Assembly: GCF_001194135.2 (NCBI RefSeq)
Contig: NC_068986.1
Location: 22,636,152 to 22,700,151 of the forward strand
DNA length: 64,000 nt
Source: Octopus bimaculoides
Taxonomy: Eukaryota
Direction: 5' to 3'
The translations under genes were made by a program, and so were the position numbers. The notes under the pieces are model-generated. The model had not been told where the DNA came from, did no database searches, and saw nothing but the letters and a program-made list of their open reading frames with translations. Positions 1 to 12,300 of the stretch are shown here, one piece after another (positions within the stretch are counted from its first letter, which is position 1; each line of letters starts with the position of its first letter).

Positions 1-1551
1 ACATACATACATACATACATAAAAGTGCAGCATTGCTTTAGATTATATTATTAATAGTTTCAGTTAGGGTACAAAGCTTATGGGTTGCAGAGTTACTTCA
101 AAGCAGAAATGACCCTTATTTTATAATAGGGGCTTTTACAGCTATTTAAAATAGAAAGATAAGGTTCTATTGGATGAATATCAACAGAAAGCTATTGAAA
201 TAGGATATTGCTGAAGGACAGAGTTTCAAGTTTCATGAAAAAAATACATGCAAATGAGAATGGAGGGATATGAATGAGAAAGCTGCAACACAGTTTGAAT
301 ATAATCTGGTTGATAATGTAGTCGATATCAACTACAAGTGGCTTCACAATACCTAGTTCAAATCTTGAGCAACAGTTCTCCATATCACTAATTACTTTCC
401 AATGAAAATGAAGCTAACTCTATTTACAAAATTCAGCGACAGGTTCATGCATTGAGAAGTTTGTTGACAATGGAAGCCAAGATATGACTATGAAAAATTT
501 CTCTATTCAGCATGATTCAACCTCATCTGCTAAAAACAGGCAATTAGTTTGCTATGATGTTTATGTAATACTAAATGTCTACTGATATTGTGAATCAAAT
601 ATACTAAGTCTAATAATATAAACAACCAAGAATATATTACTAAAATGAGAAACTTTATTTGCTACCATTTTGCAGAACAATTAATAATAATAATAGTTAT
701 ATTAATATTTTAAGGTAGGAAGCTGGCAAAATCATTACCAAGCCAAACAAAATGCTGCTAAGCATTTTCTCTGTCTTTATGTTTTGAGTTCAAATTCCAT
801 CCTTTCTGGGTGGATAGAATAAGGACCAGTTAAGCACTGGGGTTGATGTAATTATTTTACTCCCAAACTTGTTGACCTTATACCAAAATTTGAAACCCAA
901 TATTGGTTATAACTTTCATTTAAGAGACAATAATTTTGAGGAAAGGGACTATCCAATATATTGACCTCAATATGTACTAGTATAAGTTTTTATCAAATCT
1001 GGAAAGTTGAAAGACAAAAATGTGATATTAACCCTTTCAACCTGCAATTTTTTCTCAAGTCCGTAATGGCAGTAGGTTTGTATGCATGCAAGCCTTTTGA
1101 GCTGTTATATATCTGCCGTTACATACTTTCTAGAAAAACTGGAGCAGTACTATACTGCATCACATAAGTTGTAAAATTTTTGACTGGTACAAATATGTAC
1201 CAGCTGGGCCAAAAGGATTAACTGATAATGTAAAGAGATGTTACTAGATACTGCAAGGGATTTTGTTTAATAGTATTAATAAATATATAAAAAGAAGGAC
1301 TATTCATTGTGACCTGTGGCAAATCTCGTTCCAGTCTTCCATGAAAATATGTTCAGCCAAGAGAAAATATTACCTTGCTTGAAAACGTGTGAGAATTGGT
1401 AAAAGGCAAGGCATTCGAAAATCAGCCCTAACATTCTGTCTGACCCATGCAAGCATGGAAAAGTAGATGTTGATATGATGATAATGTGTTTATATGTGTG
1501 GTCAGTGTTACAAGAGTATTAATGGCTGAGTGATGTACAACAAATGACTTT

Positions 1552-1915
1552 CATCATCATCATCATCATCATCATCATCGTTTAATGTCCGCTTTCCATG
1601 CTAGCATGGGTTGGACGATTTGACTGGTTAACTCGATGGTTACACCAGACTCCAATCTGATTTGGCAGAGTTTCTACAGCTGGATGCCCTTCCTAATGCC
1701 AACCACTCTGAGAGTGTAGAAGGCCAGTCAGGCGGTACTGGCAACGGCCACGCTCAAAATGGTCTATTTTACGTGCCACCTGCACAGTCCAACGGCACTG
1801 GCAACGATCTCGCTCGAATGACTTTTCACGTGCCACCGGCACAAGTGACAGGAAGGCGACGCTGGTAATGATCACACTTGAACGGCGCTCTTAGCGCTCC
1901 ACTGGTACAGGTGCT
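1552..1915 (-). mobile_element. RTE LINE 3' tail (3' UTR tandem units, conserved terminus, (GAT)n)
   Basis: (CAT)n then ...ctttccatgctagcatgggttggacgatttgact...tttctacagctggatgcccttcctaatgccaacc, followed by ~60-64 nt units; same family as 41165-41887. Confidence 0.85.
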
Positions 1916-2182
1916 TCATGCCTAATATTTAATATTATTATGAAATCAGACAGAAGCAAACTTGATGGTATAGGTGTATCTTAAATGGTTATCATGGCTT
2001 TACCATGATGCAGTTGTTTAGTTTCAACATATAAATCGCAAAAAAAAAGTATCATTTGATAAGGAACTACAACTTTAAAATTTCTGTCCCATATTTCAAG
2101 AATGTAATGACCTTATCAATTTTGATTTGTATTTAATAATTCATTTGACTAAACTGGTGAATATTTCTGTTCTTCTTGTCAG

Positions 2183-2255
2183 GTTCCTTTGTATGGAGGA
2201 CCCCAAACCATGCTATTGGTAACTGAATCTGCTGTATTTGATCAGTATTTAAATG
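2183..2255 (+). CDS. Orphan candidate exon of an unidentified upstream gene (VPLYGGPQTMLLVTESAVFDQYLN)
   Basis: Strong acceptor tttctgttcttcttgtcag and donor G|gtaagt; 73 nt; only one frame is open across it. No homology recognised. Confidence 0.45.
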
Positions 2256-3527
2256 GTAAGTTGTTCATTTCTCATTATAATCAAATAGTAACTGTTTTTA
2301 TCACCTGCTCACACATTATCTTTCTCTCACTCTCTGTCTCCTCTCACATGTTCTCTCTCTCTTTCTCACACATTCTGAAATATGCACACCCATCAGTGCA
2401 TACATTCGTTCTCATGTACACAAACACCTAAGCTATTCACCCACACATTCACATGTTCATGTTCACTTGTACACATGTACATATTCTCATTGTGTGTTTC
2501 TCCCTCCCCCTCTCTCTGACTCTAACATTTGCTTTCTCTCACCCCTCCTAACCTTCCTCTGTCTCTAGGACTTACTCTTATGCTATCTTACACACACACA
2601 CTTTCTCTCTTTGTCTCTGTCTTTTTCTCTCACTCTCCCCTTCTCTCTCTCTCTCTGTCAGTGGAACCCTTCTCTCATACACTCTCAATGTCTCTCTCCC
2701 TCTCTCACACACTCGCATGCACACTCATGCTTTCCCCATATCTCCTGTAACATACATTCTCTCATGTTCGCTATCTCGTCAGTCTTTTCTTTTGGCTGTA
2801 CTGATTCATACAATTGATGGAAGCAATGCTCGGAGAAAGAACTTTGTTGATAAGTATTCAATCAGAGAAGAAACTGGGCATATCATCTTCTCTGGATAGG
2901 GTTAAGGTCACTCATGATGCTATTATATACTCTTTGTCTTCTTTCTCTCTCTTTTTCTAGTCTCCATATTTGTTTCCTTTCTTCCAGTTGTTGTATGTGA
3001 CCTTTCGTTTAGTTTTTGGCTAATTCTGAAACTTAGATCACACCCAACAGTTTTGTAAAACACATTCTTGTGTAATTTAAACATTCTTATGTAATTTATA
3101 TTGTGCTGTGACATTCTTAGATATGATTTAACCCATTCAAGTTCGCAACAGCGCCATATTCTTACATTCTGTCTTGGATCACTTTCCTTGTATTTTTATA
3201 GACATTTTATTCTCGCCCACTGTGATTCCTGTTCATTGACAGAAGTGTTTACAGTTATAATTAGTAGCAATGTGATTCTAGCAGCTATGTTCTACCACTG
3301 GGCAGGGCACATTAGACAGCTTCTTTCTGTCTGTTTACCTAAAAATGGTTGCCATTTTTAGTGCTGGATTACAGAATTAATGTTATTCTGTGAAGGTAAT
3401 AAAAATGATATAAAGCTAGACTCGTGGCAAATTAATGATAGTTTGTCTCAGCAGAAGACATCTGATAAAACCTTACATCTACCAAAGGCACACTTGCTTT
3501 TAATTTATTTACTGTTATTTAGTTTAA

Positions 3528-3750
3528 TCCTTTTGATACCAATCCGGCTGAAACTGGATCTGGCTCTGAGTACAAATGTCTTGTTTTCATTTGTTTTGAA
3601 TTAAAATCTTCCACCAAACCTTAATCACAATTTATGTTCCTAACACTAGCTTAATGATAACTATGTTATTTTACTAAATTCTTTGTTATATTTAAAATTA
3701 ATTGAAAAAAAAACACAAAGCATCTCAAAATAAATGTGGTAATGAAAGGT
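3528..3750. mobile_element. Degenerate TTAA-flanked MITE (second piggyBac-like family)
   Basis: TTAA|tccttttgatacc ... ggtaatgaaaggt|TTAA. Related internal sequence at 19352-19574 (also TTAA-flanked), ~12086-12305 and ~18825-18945. Confidence 0.6.
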
Positions 3751-4289
3751 TTAAAATCATTTACTTCATCCATTTAAATAAATTTGCCATTAGACCTAAC
3801 CCACCATTGCTATTATGGAAGAAGAGATGGAAGTAATCATAATCATCATGGGTCAGAGAAGAATTTGTTGAAGCAGATTTTCTATGACTGGATGCCCTTC
3901 CTGTTGCCAACCCTTGTTTCCAAGCAAGGTAGTATTTTTCTCAACCATCATGTTATGTCAAGACACACATGCATGCACACACTCATACATGCACACACTC
4001 AGATATGCACACGCGGGCACACACACGCTCACACATATGCACAAGAATGGTTTCTTTCAGTTTCTGTGTATCAAATCTACTCACAAGTCTTTGATTAGCC
4101 AGGGACTATGGCCACAAGGTGTTGCACAGTGGAACTGAACTCAGGACCATGTGATTGAGAAACAAACTTCCTAACCACACAGCCATGCCTGCGCTTATGA
4201 TAAATCAGTTTTGTAAACTGTCAAAAGTTATAGCCATGGGAAAGGTTTTCAGCAGCAAGTTAGAAAAGAGCTCAGTATGGTCTATTGTT

Positions 4290-4705
4290 CGCTGGAGGTT
4301 GAAAAGACTGCCGTCCAGACGGTACCCGATGTAGACATCGTCTTCAGCATTGAGGTCCGTAGTGGCCTGCTTGAGCATCATGCTGAAGATGCTAAAGAGA
4401 GTTGGTACTAGGACACAACCCTGCTTCTCCCCGTTGTTGATGGGGAATGGCTCTAATATGTCGTTATTCAGGCGGACTTGTCCTTGCTGGTCTTTGTGAA
4501 GCTGGATGATCATGCTTAGGAATTTCGGGAGACAGCCAAGTCAGTTTAGGATCTGCCACAGACCTTTCCTGCTCACAGTGTCGAATGCTTTTATGAGATC
4601 AACAAATGTTACATATAGTGATTTGTTTTCTTCCCGGCACTTTTCTTGGAGCTGCCTGAAAACAAAAACCTTATCTATTGTGCTCCTGTTGGCAATCCTC
4701 CACAT
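4290..4705 (-). mobile_element. RTE-clade LINE reverse transcriptase fragment (pseudogenised), downstream part
   Basis: Translation includes ANRSTIDKVFVFRQLQEKCREENKSLYVTFVDLIKAFDTVSRKGLWQIL and IIQLHKDQQGQVRLNNDILEPFPINNGEKQGCVLVPTLFSIF, diagnostic of RTE/BovB-type RT; frameshifted. Confidence 0.92.
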
Positions 4706-4721
4706 CCAGCAGTAACCAATC

Positions 4722-5043
4722 AGAGTGGAATTAGAGGAGACCACAATTGCCATAGGCTGGCTAAAGAGCAGAAAGGCAGCAGGAGTCAATAGCATACCAT
4801 CAGAGATATGGAAGCATGGGGGTCCTGACATACATGCTAAACTCCATGAGTTCCATGTTGCATGCTGGGAACAGGGCAAGCTGCCACAAGATCTCTGCAA
4901 TGCTGTCATCATTACACTATACAAAAACAAAGGGGGAAAAGTCAGACTGCTCAAACTACCAGGGGATCACCCTGCTTTCCACTGCAGAAAAAGTTCTAGC
5001 AAGACTACGCCTCAACAGACTTGTTCTGTCCATTGGTGAAAAT
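4722..5043 (+). mobile_element. RTE-clade LINE ORF fragment, upstream part, inverted relative to 4290-4705
   Basis: LKSRKAAGVNSIPSEIWKHGG...WEQGKLPQDLCNAVIITLYKNKG and EKSDCSNYQGITLLSTAEKVLARLRLNRLV: pre-RT and RT domain 0/1 of RTE LINEs, with one frameshift. Confidence 0.92.
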
Positions 5044-5052
5044 CATATATAT

Positions 5053-5093
<41 letters not shown>

Positions 5094-5572
5094 NNNNNNN
5101 NNNNNNNNNNNNNNNNNNNNNNNNNNNNNNNNNNNNNNNNNNNNNNNNNNNNNNNNNNNNNNNNNNNNNNNNNNNNNNNNNNNNNNNNNNNNNNNNNNNN
5201 NNNNNNNNNNNNNNNNNNNNNNNNNNNNNNNNNNNNNNNNNNNNNNNNNNNNNNNNNNNNNNNNNNNNNNNNNNNNNNNNNNNNNNNNNNNNNNNNNNNN
5301 NNNNNNNNNNNNNNNNNNNNNNNNNNNNNNNNNNNNNNNNNNNNNNNNNNNNNNNNNNNNNNNNNNNNNNNNNNNNNNNNNNNNNNNNNNNNNNNNNNNN
5401 NNNNNNNNNNNNNNNNNNNNNNNNNNNNNNNNNNNNNNNNNNNNNNNNNNNNNNNNNNNNNNNNNNNNNNNNNNNNNNNNNNNNNNNNNNNNNNNNNNNN
5501 NNNNNNNNNNNNNNNNNNNNNNNNNNNNNNNNNNNNNNNNNNNNNNNNNNNNNNNNNNNNNNNNNNNGATGT

Positions 5573-5808
5573 GTGTGTTATTTCTTTACTACCCACAAGG
5601 GACTACACACAGAGGGGACAAACAAGGACAGACAAACGGATTAAGTCGATTATATCGACCCAGTGCGTAACTGGTACTTATTTAATCGACCCCGAAAGGA
5701 TAAAAGGCGAAGTCGACCTCGGCGGAATTTGAACTCAGAATGTAGCAGCAGACGAAATACCGCGAAGCATTTCGCCCGGCGTGCTAACGTTTCTGCCAGC
5801 TCGCCGCC
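5573..5808 (-). mobile_element. tRNA-headed SINE family A (ggcggcgagctggcagaa head), young copy
   Basis: Reverse complement reads ggcggcgagctggcagaaacgttagcacgccggg...ctgagttcaaattccgccgaggtcgac...cctttcggggtcgattaaataagtaccag. The central segment may be a Meta-type SINE domain (recollection, unverified). Confidence 0.85.
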
Positions 5809-8800
5809 CTGTGTGTGTGTGTGTGTGTGTGCGTGTGTGTGTGTGTGTGTGTGCGTGTGTGCGTGTGTGTGTGTGCATGTGCATGCATGTGTGTGTGTGT
5901 ATATATGTGTGAAAATATTGAAGTATTTGATGTTGCTTAGTATCTTCAAACCCCTTACTTAGTCTGCTGTTACCTAAGTTAATATGTAATGTTAGATGTA
6001 AATGGTTTACCTTGTACAAACAATGAGGAGTCTACTTTAATCTTAATCTTATTTTGTAGTTGGAAGATAATCTTTATTACTGAGGAAAATATAGGCTAAA
6101 AGCATACACTCATTTGCACAATGAATAGAATAATTTAATCTTGGCTGTGTAGCTAGTTGATTTTTTTTAATGTAAATACAGTATACTAAGTATACAATAT
6201 ACAATATACAATAATATGTATACAATATACAATAATATGTCAATATATTGCCTGCTGTTAAATTTGAGCACTGTCAGATGTCTACTTGTCAGACTGCATG
6301 CTATTTAACCCTTGTGTTAGTATAGATCTAATGAAATGTGGTAATAAAAGGATTTTAAAAATAAGTCTTTGGTTGGATTTAATAAAATTAACTGTTTCAT
6401 TGTAAAGACAGTGTTTATAACATAACTTGATGAAAATTATAAGTAGCTATGATGGAAGGTTTTCATTTAGATATGAACATGTTAAAGCAGGCAGTTTTGT
6501 ATAATGAAACCAGAAGTGGTCTCAAGCTGGTTGATATGAAGAGGGTTAAAATACACACCATAGAATATGTCTTTGAAACCATACATGTGAAGGTAAATAA
6601 CTATCTAAACTGTATTATCATCATTGTCAACCCCTGGATATTACTGTCTGGTGTCCTAGGATTCATAAGGATGGTTTACCTAATTTCCATGGTGTATGAA
6701 CGACTGAGATCACAACATACCTCACTGGATGGGATGTCAGTCAGTTGCAGGATTATTAATTTAAAGCTGAGTGAATTGGAGCAACATGAAATGAAGTTTT
6801 TTTGCTGAAGATGATAACACACTGCCCAGTCTGAGAATCAAAAACCACAATTTTGCTATTGTGAGTTTAACATCCTTATCACTAGACCACATTCCTTCAT
6901 TAAACAGTATTATAACAAGGTTTAAGTAATTATCTGTAGAGTTTTGGCTATGAGAGTCAATTAGATCTTGCTTCTTAAGTTAAGTGTAATGTTGCAATTA
7001 GACCTTGCAGTATGTATTCTATATTACACTTATGTTCACATGATTCAATTGTTTGATTTCATCTGGTGGGCCTCCACACAACTTCTATCTAGTTGGTTTC
7101 ACAATGCGTTGGTCAAGATGCTACACTGTGTAATTGAACCAGGGACCTCTTGGTTTGTGAAGTAAACTTCTTAATTGCATGATCATGCCTTGCTTTGCCT
7201 GTATCTATTATTCAAAGGACCAGCTTTGCTGTGTACTGATTCCATCTAAGAATTCCCTTAAGGATACATATCTCTGTGGAAAGCTCAGCTTCTGACAATA
7301 AGTAGGTAGTTTAGTTGATAGGACAAATGAAATACTCATTGTTATAAAATCAATGAAGGATTCATGATAAAATAGTTTCTGATCATATCTACTACAGAGA
7401 TCCCTTACTTTTTTAAGATTTCAGTTTGAACATAAATGCAAGATTTGGACCTAGTGAGGGTCTTGTGTATCTGAGCTTAATACAAGAAAAAAAAAGAAAA
7501 ATATTTTAAGTAGGTGCTGTAGTAGATTTGTGAGTGGATGGGTATATAATGTTTTGTGGGCTCAAGTTGACTACTGTGCTAAACTGTGTTGCAAGTGACA
7601 TTTTGGTTTTAAAATAATTTGGTTGTGTAAATGATTTGTAGTGTGTGTGTGCATATGCGTGTGTGTGTGTGCATGCATCTGCTGTCTGTTATGATACAGA
7701 GGGAAAATGCTTGGAATGTGTGTAGCTTATTGTAGTTTGTGGTAGAGTTGGCAAGGGGGAGGGGGTAGACTGCATTAGCATAACACATGATAGAGGTTAT
7801 ACATTGTTTGAAGACTAATGTCATGGTTTCTCTATTTTACCAAATATTGTACCGTTAAGTGTGTGTTTGTGTGTTTTTAAACTTTTTTAATCTAGTAATT
7901 GTGTGTGCATGTACTGAGTAAATGATATTTACAAGTTTTATGTAGGTGGCTGGGACTTTTGTTTTTGTGTATGGATGTGTGATGCTGGTTTATTGAATAG
8001 TATTAGACAATGTTCTCGTGTATTGCTTGTAGATAGAGCGCTGGTTGTGTTTAGGGTCAACATACATATTTTGTTTATGGAATTGTCAATGATCTTCATT
8101 GAGATTTTGAACTTGAAAACATAAGACAGCAATTTAGGATACTGCAAAGCTATTTATTTTTGACTAAGATGACATGTAAAGAATTATTATTTAAGAAGGT
8201 GAGATGGCAGAATTATTAGAGTGTTGGGAAAAAATGCTTTGCAGTATTTGTTTTGGCTGTGAATTCTGCCAAGGCTAGGTTTGTCTTTCATCTTTTCAAG
8301 GTTGATAAAATAAAATACCAGTCAAGTATTGGGATCAGTCTAATCAACTTACCCCACCCCACCTCAAAACTGCTGGCCTTGTGCCAAAATTAAAAAGAGA
8401 GTGGACTTTCAACTTCTTGTCTGACAGGTCAATCTAACTCTTATCTATTTCTGTTCTGTACACGTACCACATACACATTAAGATTGCTTGGTTCATAGAC
8501 AATGTTTTTGTTTCTTCATTTTTGTAGACCACTTGAGTTAGATGAGGTTGAGCCAAACAAAACTCAAGTATGAATATGAACCCAATCTTTCTCGTCTAGA
8601 ATATAGATGATAATTTATTACCGATTCTTGTGACAATACATATGTTACAACACTGGTATCTCCATTGTTGAACTTGCAGTCTGAAATAGGTTTGCTCAAA
8701 AAAGGAGAAAAAGAAAAATTCTCTAGCTTACAATAACGGTCCCTCTCCATAAATATATTTTTCTTTCTGTTGTTTTGAGTACAATTTATTTGATTGGAAT

Positions 8801-9008
8801 GAAGATTCAAAAGCTCTTGTTAGCAGACATTACATCATCACTGTCATCATCATAAATAATAATGATAATAATAAGTGAGATGAAGTGGTAAGGACTAATC
8901 TCAGGATGTTTGGCTTCACTGAGATGTCTGGCGATATGAAGTTCTTGAGAAGACCCGCCAAATCAGCAAAACTGAGTTCTAGAAGCACTGTATGTCCTAC
9001 CTTCACTT

Positions 9009-9345
9009 AACAAGAAAACTTCTCACACACTCTACCACAACAAACCAAACTACGTCTCTACATCTCTTCCTCACATTTCCGCTTCATGCACTATGCTTAC
9101 CTCCCACTCCCCAATCCTGTTCTCTTGGCCCTGTGCCACTGAATCATTGCTCTCTGCTAGTGCCTGACCTGCGTGTTCTACCCACACATAACAAGAAAAC
9201 CTTTCACACAACCTACCCCAACAAACCAATCTACATCTCTTCCTCACATTTCCTCCTTCATACACTGTGCCTAGCTCTCACTCCCCAATCCTGTCCTCAT
9301 GGCTCTGTTCCTCTGTGTCATTGCTATCTGGTAGCTCCCCTCCTG
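9009..9345. repeat. Diverged tandem duplication, period ~173-181 nt
   Basis: aacaagaaaac...tctacatctcttcctcacatttcc...actccccaatcctgt occurs twice (anchors 9057 and 9230). Confidence 0.8.
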
Positions 9346-12300
9346 ACTCTGTATATACCCAGGTTTTTACCAGTCACTTCCTCACCTCCGCACTCTTTAA
9401 TCACACTCCCTTCGCAATATCCTGCCACTTATATTACGGCACTCAAGCCTCAAAGGTATGCCCTGGTACTTGCCACCATCTATATCTCTCTCTTCCTTTA
9501 CTCAACCATCTCATTTATATTCTGATCCCTGTCACTTGTATGTCCAACACTTTGCTACTATCTCTCCTTCTCCTGCATTTCCCTCAAGTTGAGTAACCAT
9601 GTATTTTNNNNNNNNNNNNNNNNNNNNNNNNNNNNNNNNNNNNNNNNNNNNNNNNNNNNNNNNNNNNNNNNNNNNNNNNNNNNNNNNNNNNNNNNNNNNN
9701 NNNNNNNNNNNNNNNNNNNNNNNNNNNNNNNNNNNNNNNNNNNNNNNNNNNNNNNNNNNNNNNNNNNNNNNNNNNNNNNNNNNNNNNNNNNNNNNNNNNN
9801 NNNNNNNNNNNNNNNNNNNNNNNNNCTCCTTCCCTGGCCGGGTAACCTTGTACCTCTTCTACAGCAAGATACCTGTTTATGTCTCACTATAACCTTTCAT
9901 CATCTGACACAAAATCGCCTCCTCTAATGCCCCCTCCCCTCTGAAAAGAAATTTTTTTTGTCTTGCAAGTACTTGGTGATCCTGTCAGTGCAGGTGCCAC
10001 TTAAAAGCACTCAGTCCACACTGTAAAGTGGTTGGCATTTGGAAGGGCATCAAGCTGTAAAGATCCTGCCAAAACTGATCTCACCTGTGCTTGTGCTACA
10101 TAAAAAGCCCTAAGTCCACTCTGCTGAGTGGTTGGTGTTAGGAAGGGCATCCAGCTGTAAAAATCCTGTCAAAACAGTTACAGAAGTCTGGCGCAGGCTT
10201 CTTTCTGGCTGGCTCTTGTCAGTATGGAAGGCAGATGTTAAGTGATGATTAACCATAATGATCGTCATTAATGTCTTTAGTCTCAGGAATCTGTAGCCTA
10301 TTATCACTGTTGTTACATCATACACTGCTTATTTTACTGTTTTTCTTTCTTAGTTTTTCTTCATTTGTAGTGTATTTTTGTTTTGTTACAGTAATTGTGT
10401 TGTCTGTATACATGAAATGATTTATCAACTTAGCTGCCACTTCAGTTTTGTGGTTGGTAGTAAAAATACATAGTTCAATAATTTATATTTAAATCTGCGA
10501 GAAATACGAGTAAATAAAAACAAATGGAAAACTGTTATAAGAGCTGAAGTTGACTCTTAGTGGAAAGGTTAATGGTTCATATTTGTTAACAATACTGTTG
10601 TGTTCATGTCCAAAGCACTTGGGACTTTTAATAGCTCAGCCCACATAACTGAAAATAACATAGGTAATACACGTTGCTGTAAAAAACAGGGGTACTTCAT
10701 TAATGAACTTGTATTGTTCAGGGTTTTGTCTCCAGTTACTTCAACCTGAGTTTCAGCATTTCTGTTGAATCTGGGCTGTGGTTCTTGATGGGTATGCCAG
10801 CATCTGTAAAAGAAAGATTTGGTTACTGAAATAGAGCAGTGTGTTACAACTGTGGTTAGCTTTGTGTTAATGGGAGAAGACATTAAATATTTTCTTACAT
10901 TTTTATGACAATGAAAGCAAAATATCTTTGATTGGACACTTGGGAATGATGTTCCTTTTTTTTTTTTTTAAATCTTAACTGCTGCACAGATAAATCACCA
11001 CAAGACTATAATGAAGGAAACTGCAGTGCTTCAAATTTCCATTTCTGGAGGATTTCAGCAGTGTGAACAGTAGTATGAGGATGGGCATTGTTGTGTAAAC
11101 AATACAGTACTTTTCAGCTGTAGTGTTAGGCATTTGTTTTGAACTGCAGGCTTTAGCTTGTCATATATGCAATGCCTTATCATATAATGATTAACTGTTG
11201 AGCCCTTTTCCTGATAATTCCTAAAAACATTTGTTAGTGTCACCTTTCTTGCTGTCAGTTGAGTTTTGAACTTTTTCCTGACAAGCAATTGCAGATGTTT
11301 CCAGTCCATATTCTGGTTTGTTGCAGTGTATGCGTGTTTTGGTATCGGTGACAATTTTTGGCAAGACTATATCATATTTGTTATCATGCATGGGTGTGCA
11401 TGGTTCAGTCCCACAGCATGGCACCTTGGGCAAGTGTCTTTTCTTTTCGCCTCAGACCACCCAAAGCCTTGTGAGTGGATTTGGTTGATGGAAGCTTAAT
11501 CAATTTCTCGACTTCTCTATCCTTAACCTTTTCTTCTGAGTATACACTGTACAGCCAATAGATCATACACAATTCCCAGCCGTTTATGTTCATACCTCAG
11601 ATATCACTGCCATAAAATATCTCCTTCGTTGCTGTTTTTCTAATAACAATAGCAATGATACAGAATAAGCCCGGAAGTGAATGAGAGGGAGACTGATGGC
11701 AACCATCTTAACATTACACCCTCTACATTAACTGAACCTCTGTGTGGTTGCTGACTAGTTAGAAAAAGCAACCGAATCTTTGCCGAATCACACTTCTTTT
11801 GTATTAATAAAGGAAATGACATTGCATGATATAACTCTGCCTACTCTGAAAAAAAAAAAAAAAAAAAAAAGGGATGGTCACATTTTGTAAATCCTTTCGT
11901 CATAGACCTACTTCAGGACCTGAAGCTGAACAGTAACTGCTGCTGCTGGGTAGTCACCGTTTCCATGACCTATCACTAACTCACTGCCTGACCACCATTA
12001 ATGTTTGTTTATCAAGTTAGCTAACAGCTTGCCTGAGCAATCAGCCAGCAGACATGTAGAGCAGCCACTACTGACAGTTCTGCACAACCCTTTCAGTATT
12101 GACTCCACCCCCAAGACCACCCCCTAGTTCTGCGATATAAAACTTTCTGGTTTGAAATAATCTAAAGTGAAACCTTCCATTGAAATTTCACATTAATTTA
12201 CTTTACCACTTTAATAGCTCTGGTTATTTTACTGATTTCTTCATTATTTTTAGAATTAAATTGAGACAAAACAGTTTATTTCAACAGAAATCTGGTAACA

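Noticed and set aside
190-590. KNFSIQHDSTSSAKNRQLVCY near 490-560, faintly like the hAT transposase FSLQLDESTD motif
   Set aside because: The catalytic spacing is not preserved, there are many stops, and no TIRs are visible; too weak without an HMM search.
2783-2899. Coding-looking stretch SFLLAVLIHTIDGSNARRKNFVDKYSIREETGHIIFSG* after an AG at 2781-2782
   Set aside because: That frame is out of phase with the 2255 donor (the in-phase reading gives VFSFGCTDSYN*), and I recognise no homology.
4816-5670. Long ORFs crossing N-runs (also 9558-9927, 40900-41406, 43440-44314, 47376-47873, 57373-57701)
   Set aside because: Their length comes from X residues in assembly gaps and flanking microsatellites.
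10569-11433. Minus-strand ORFs with a plausible acceptor near 10805
   Set aside because: No matching donor or recognisable domain; consistent with chance ORFs.
11668-11678. ETS-like CCGGAAGT motif as a promoter mark
   Set aside because: Isolated 8-mer beside a dispersed repeat (~11690-11935, related to 14730-14945); no other promoter evidence. The E3 ligase promoter could not be located.
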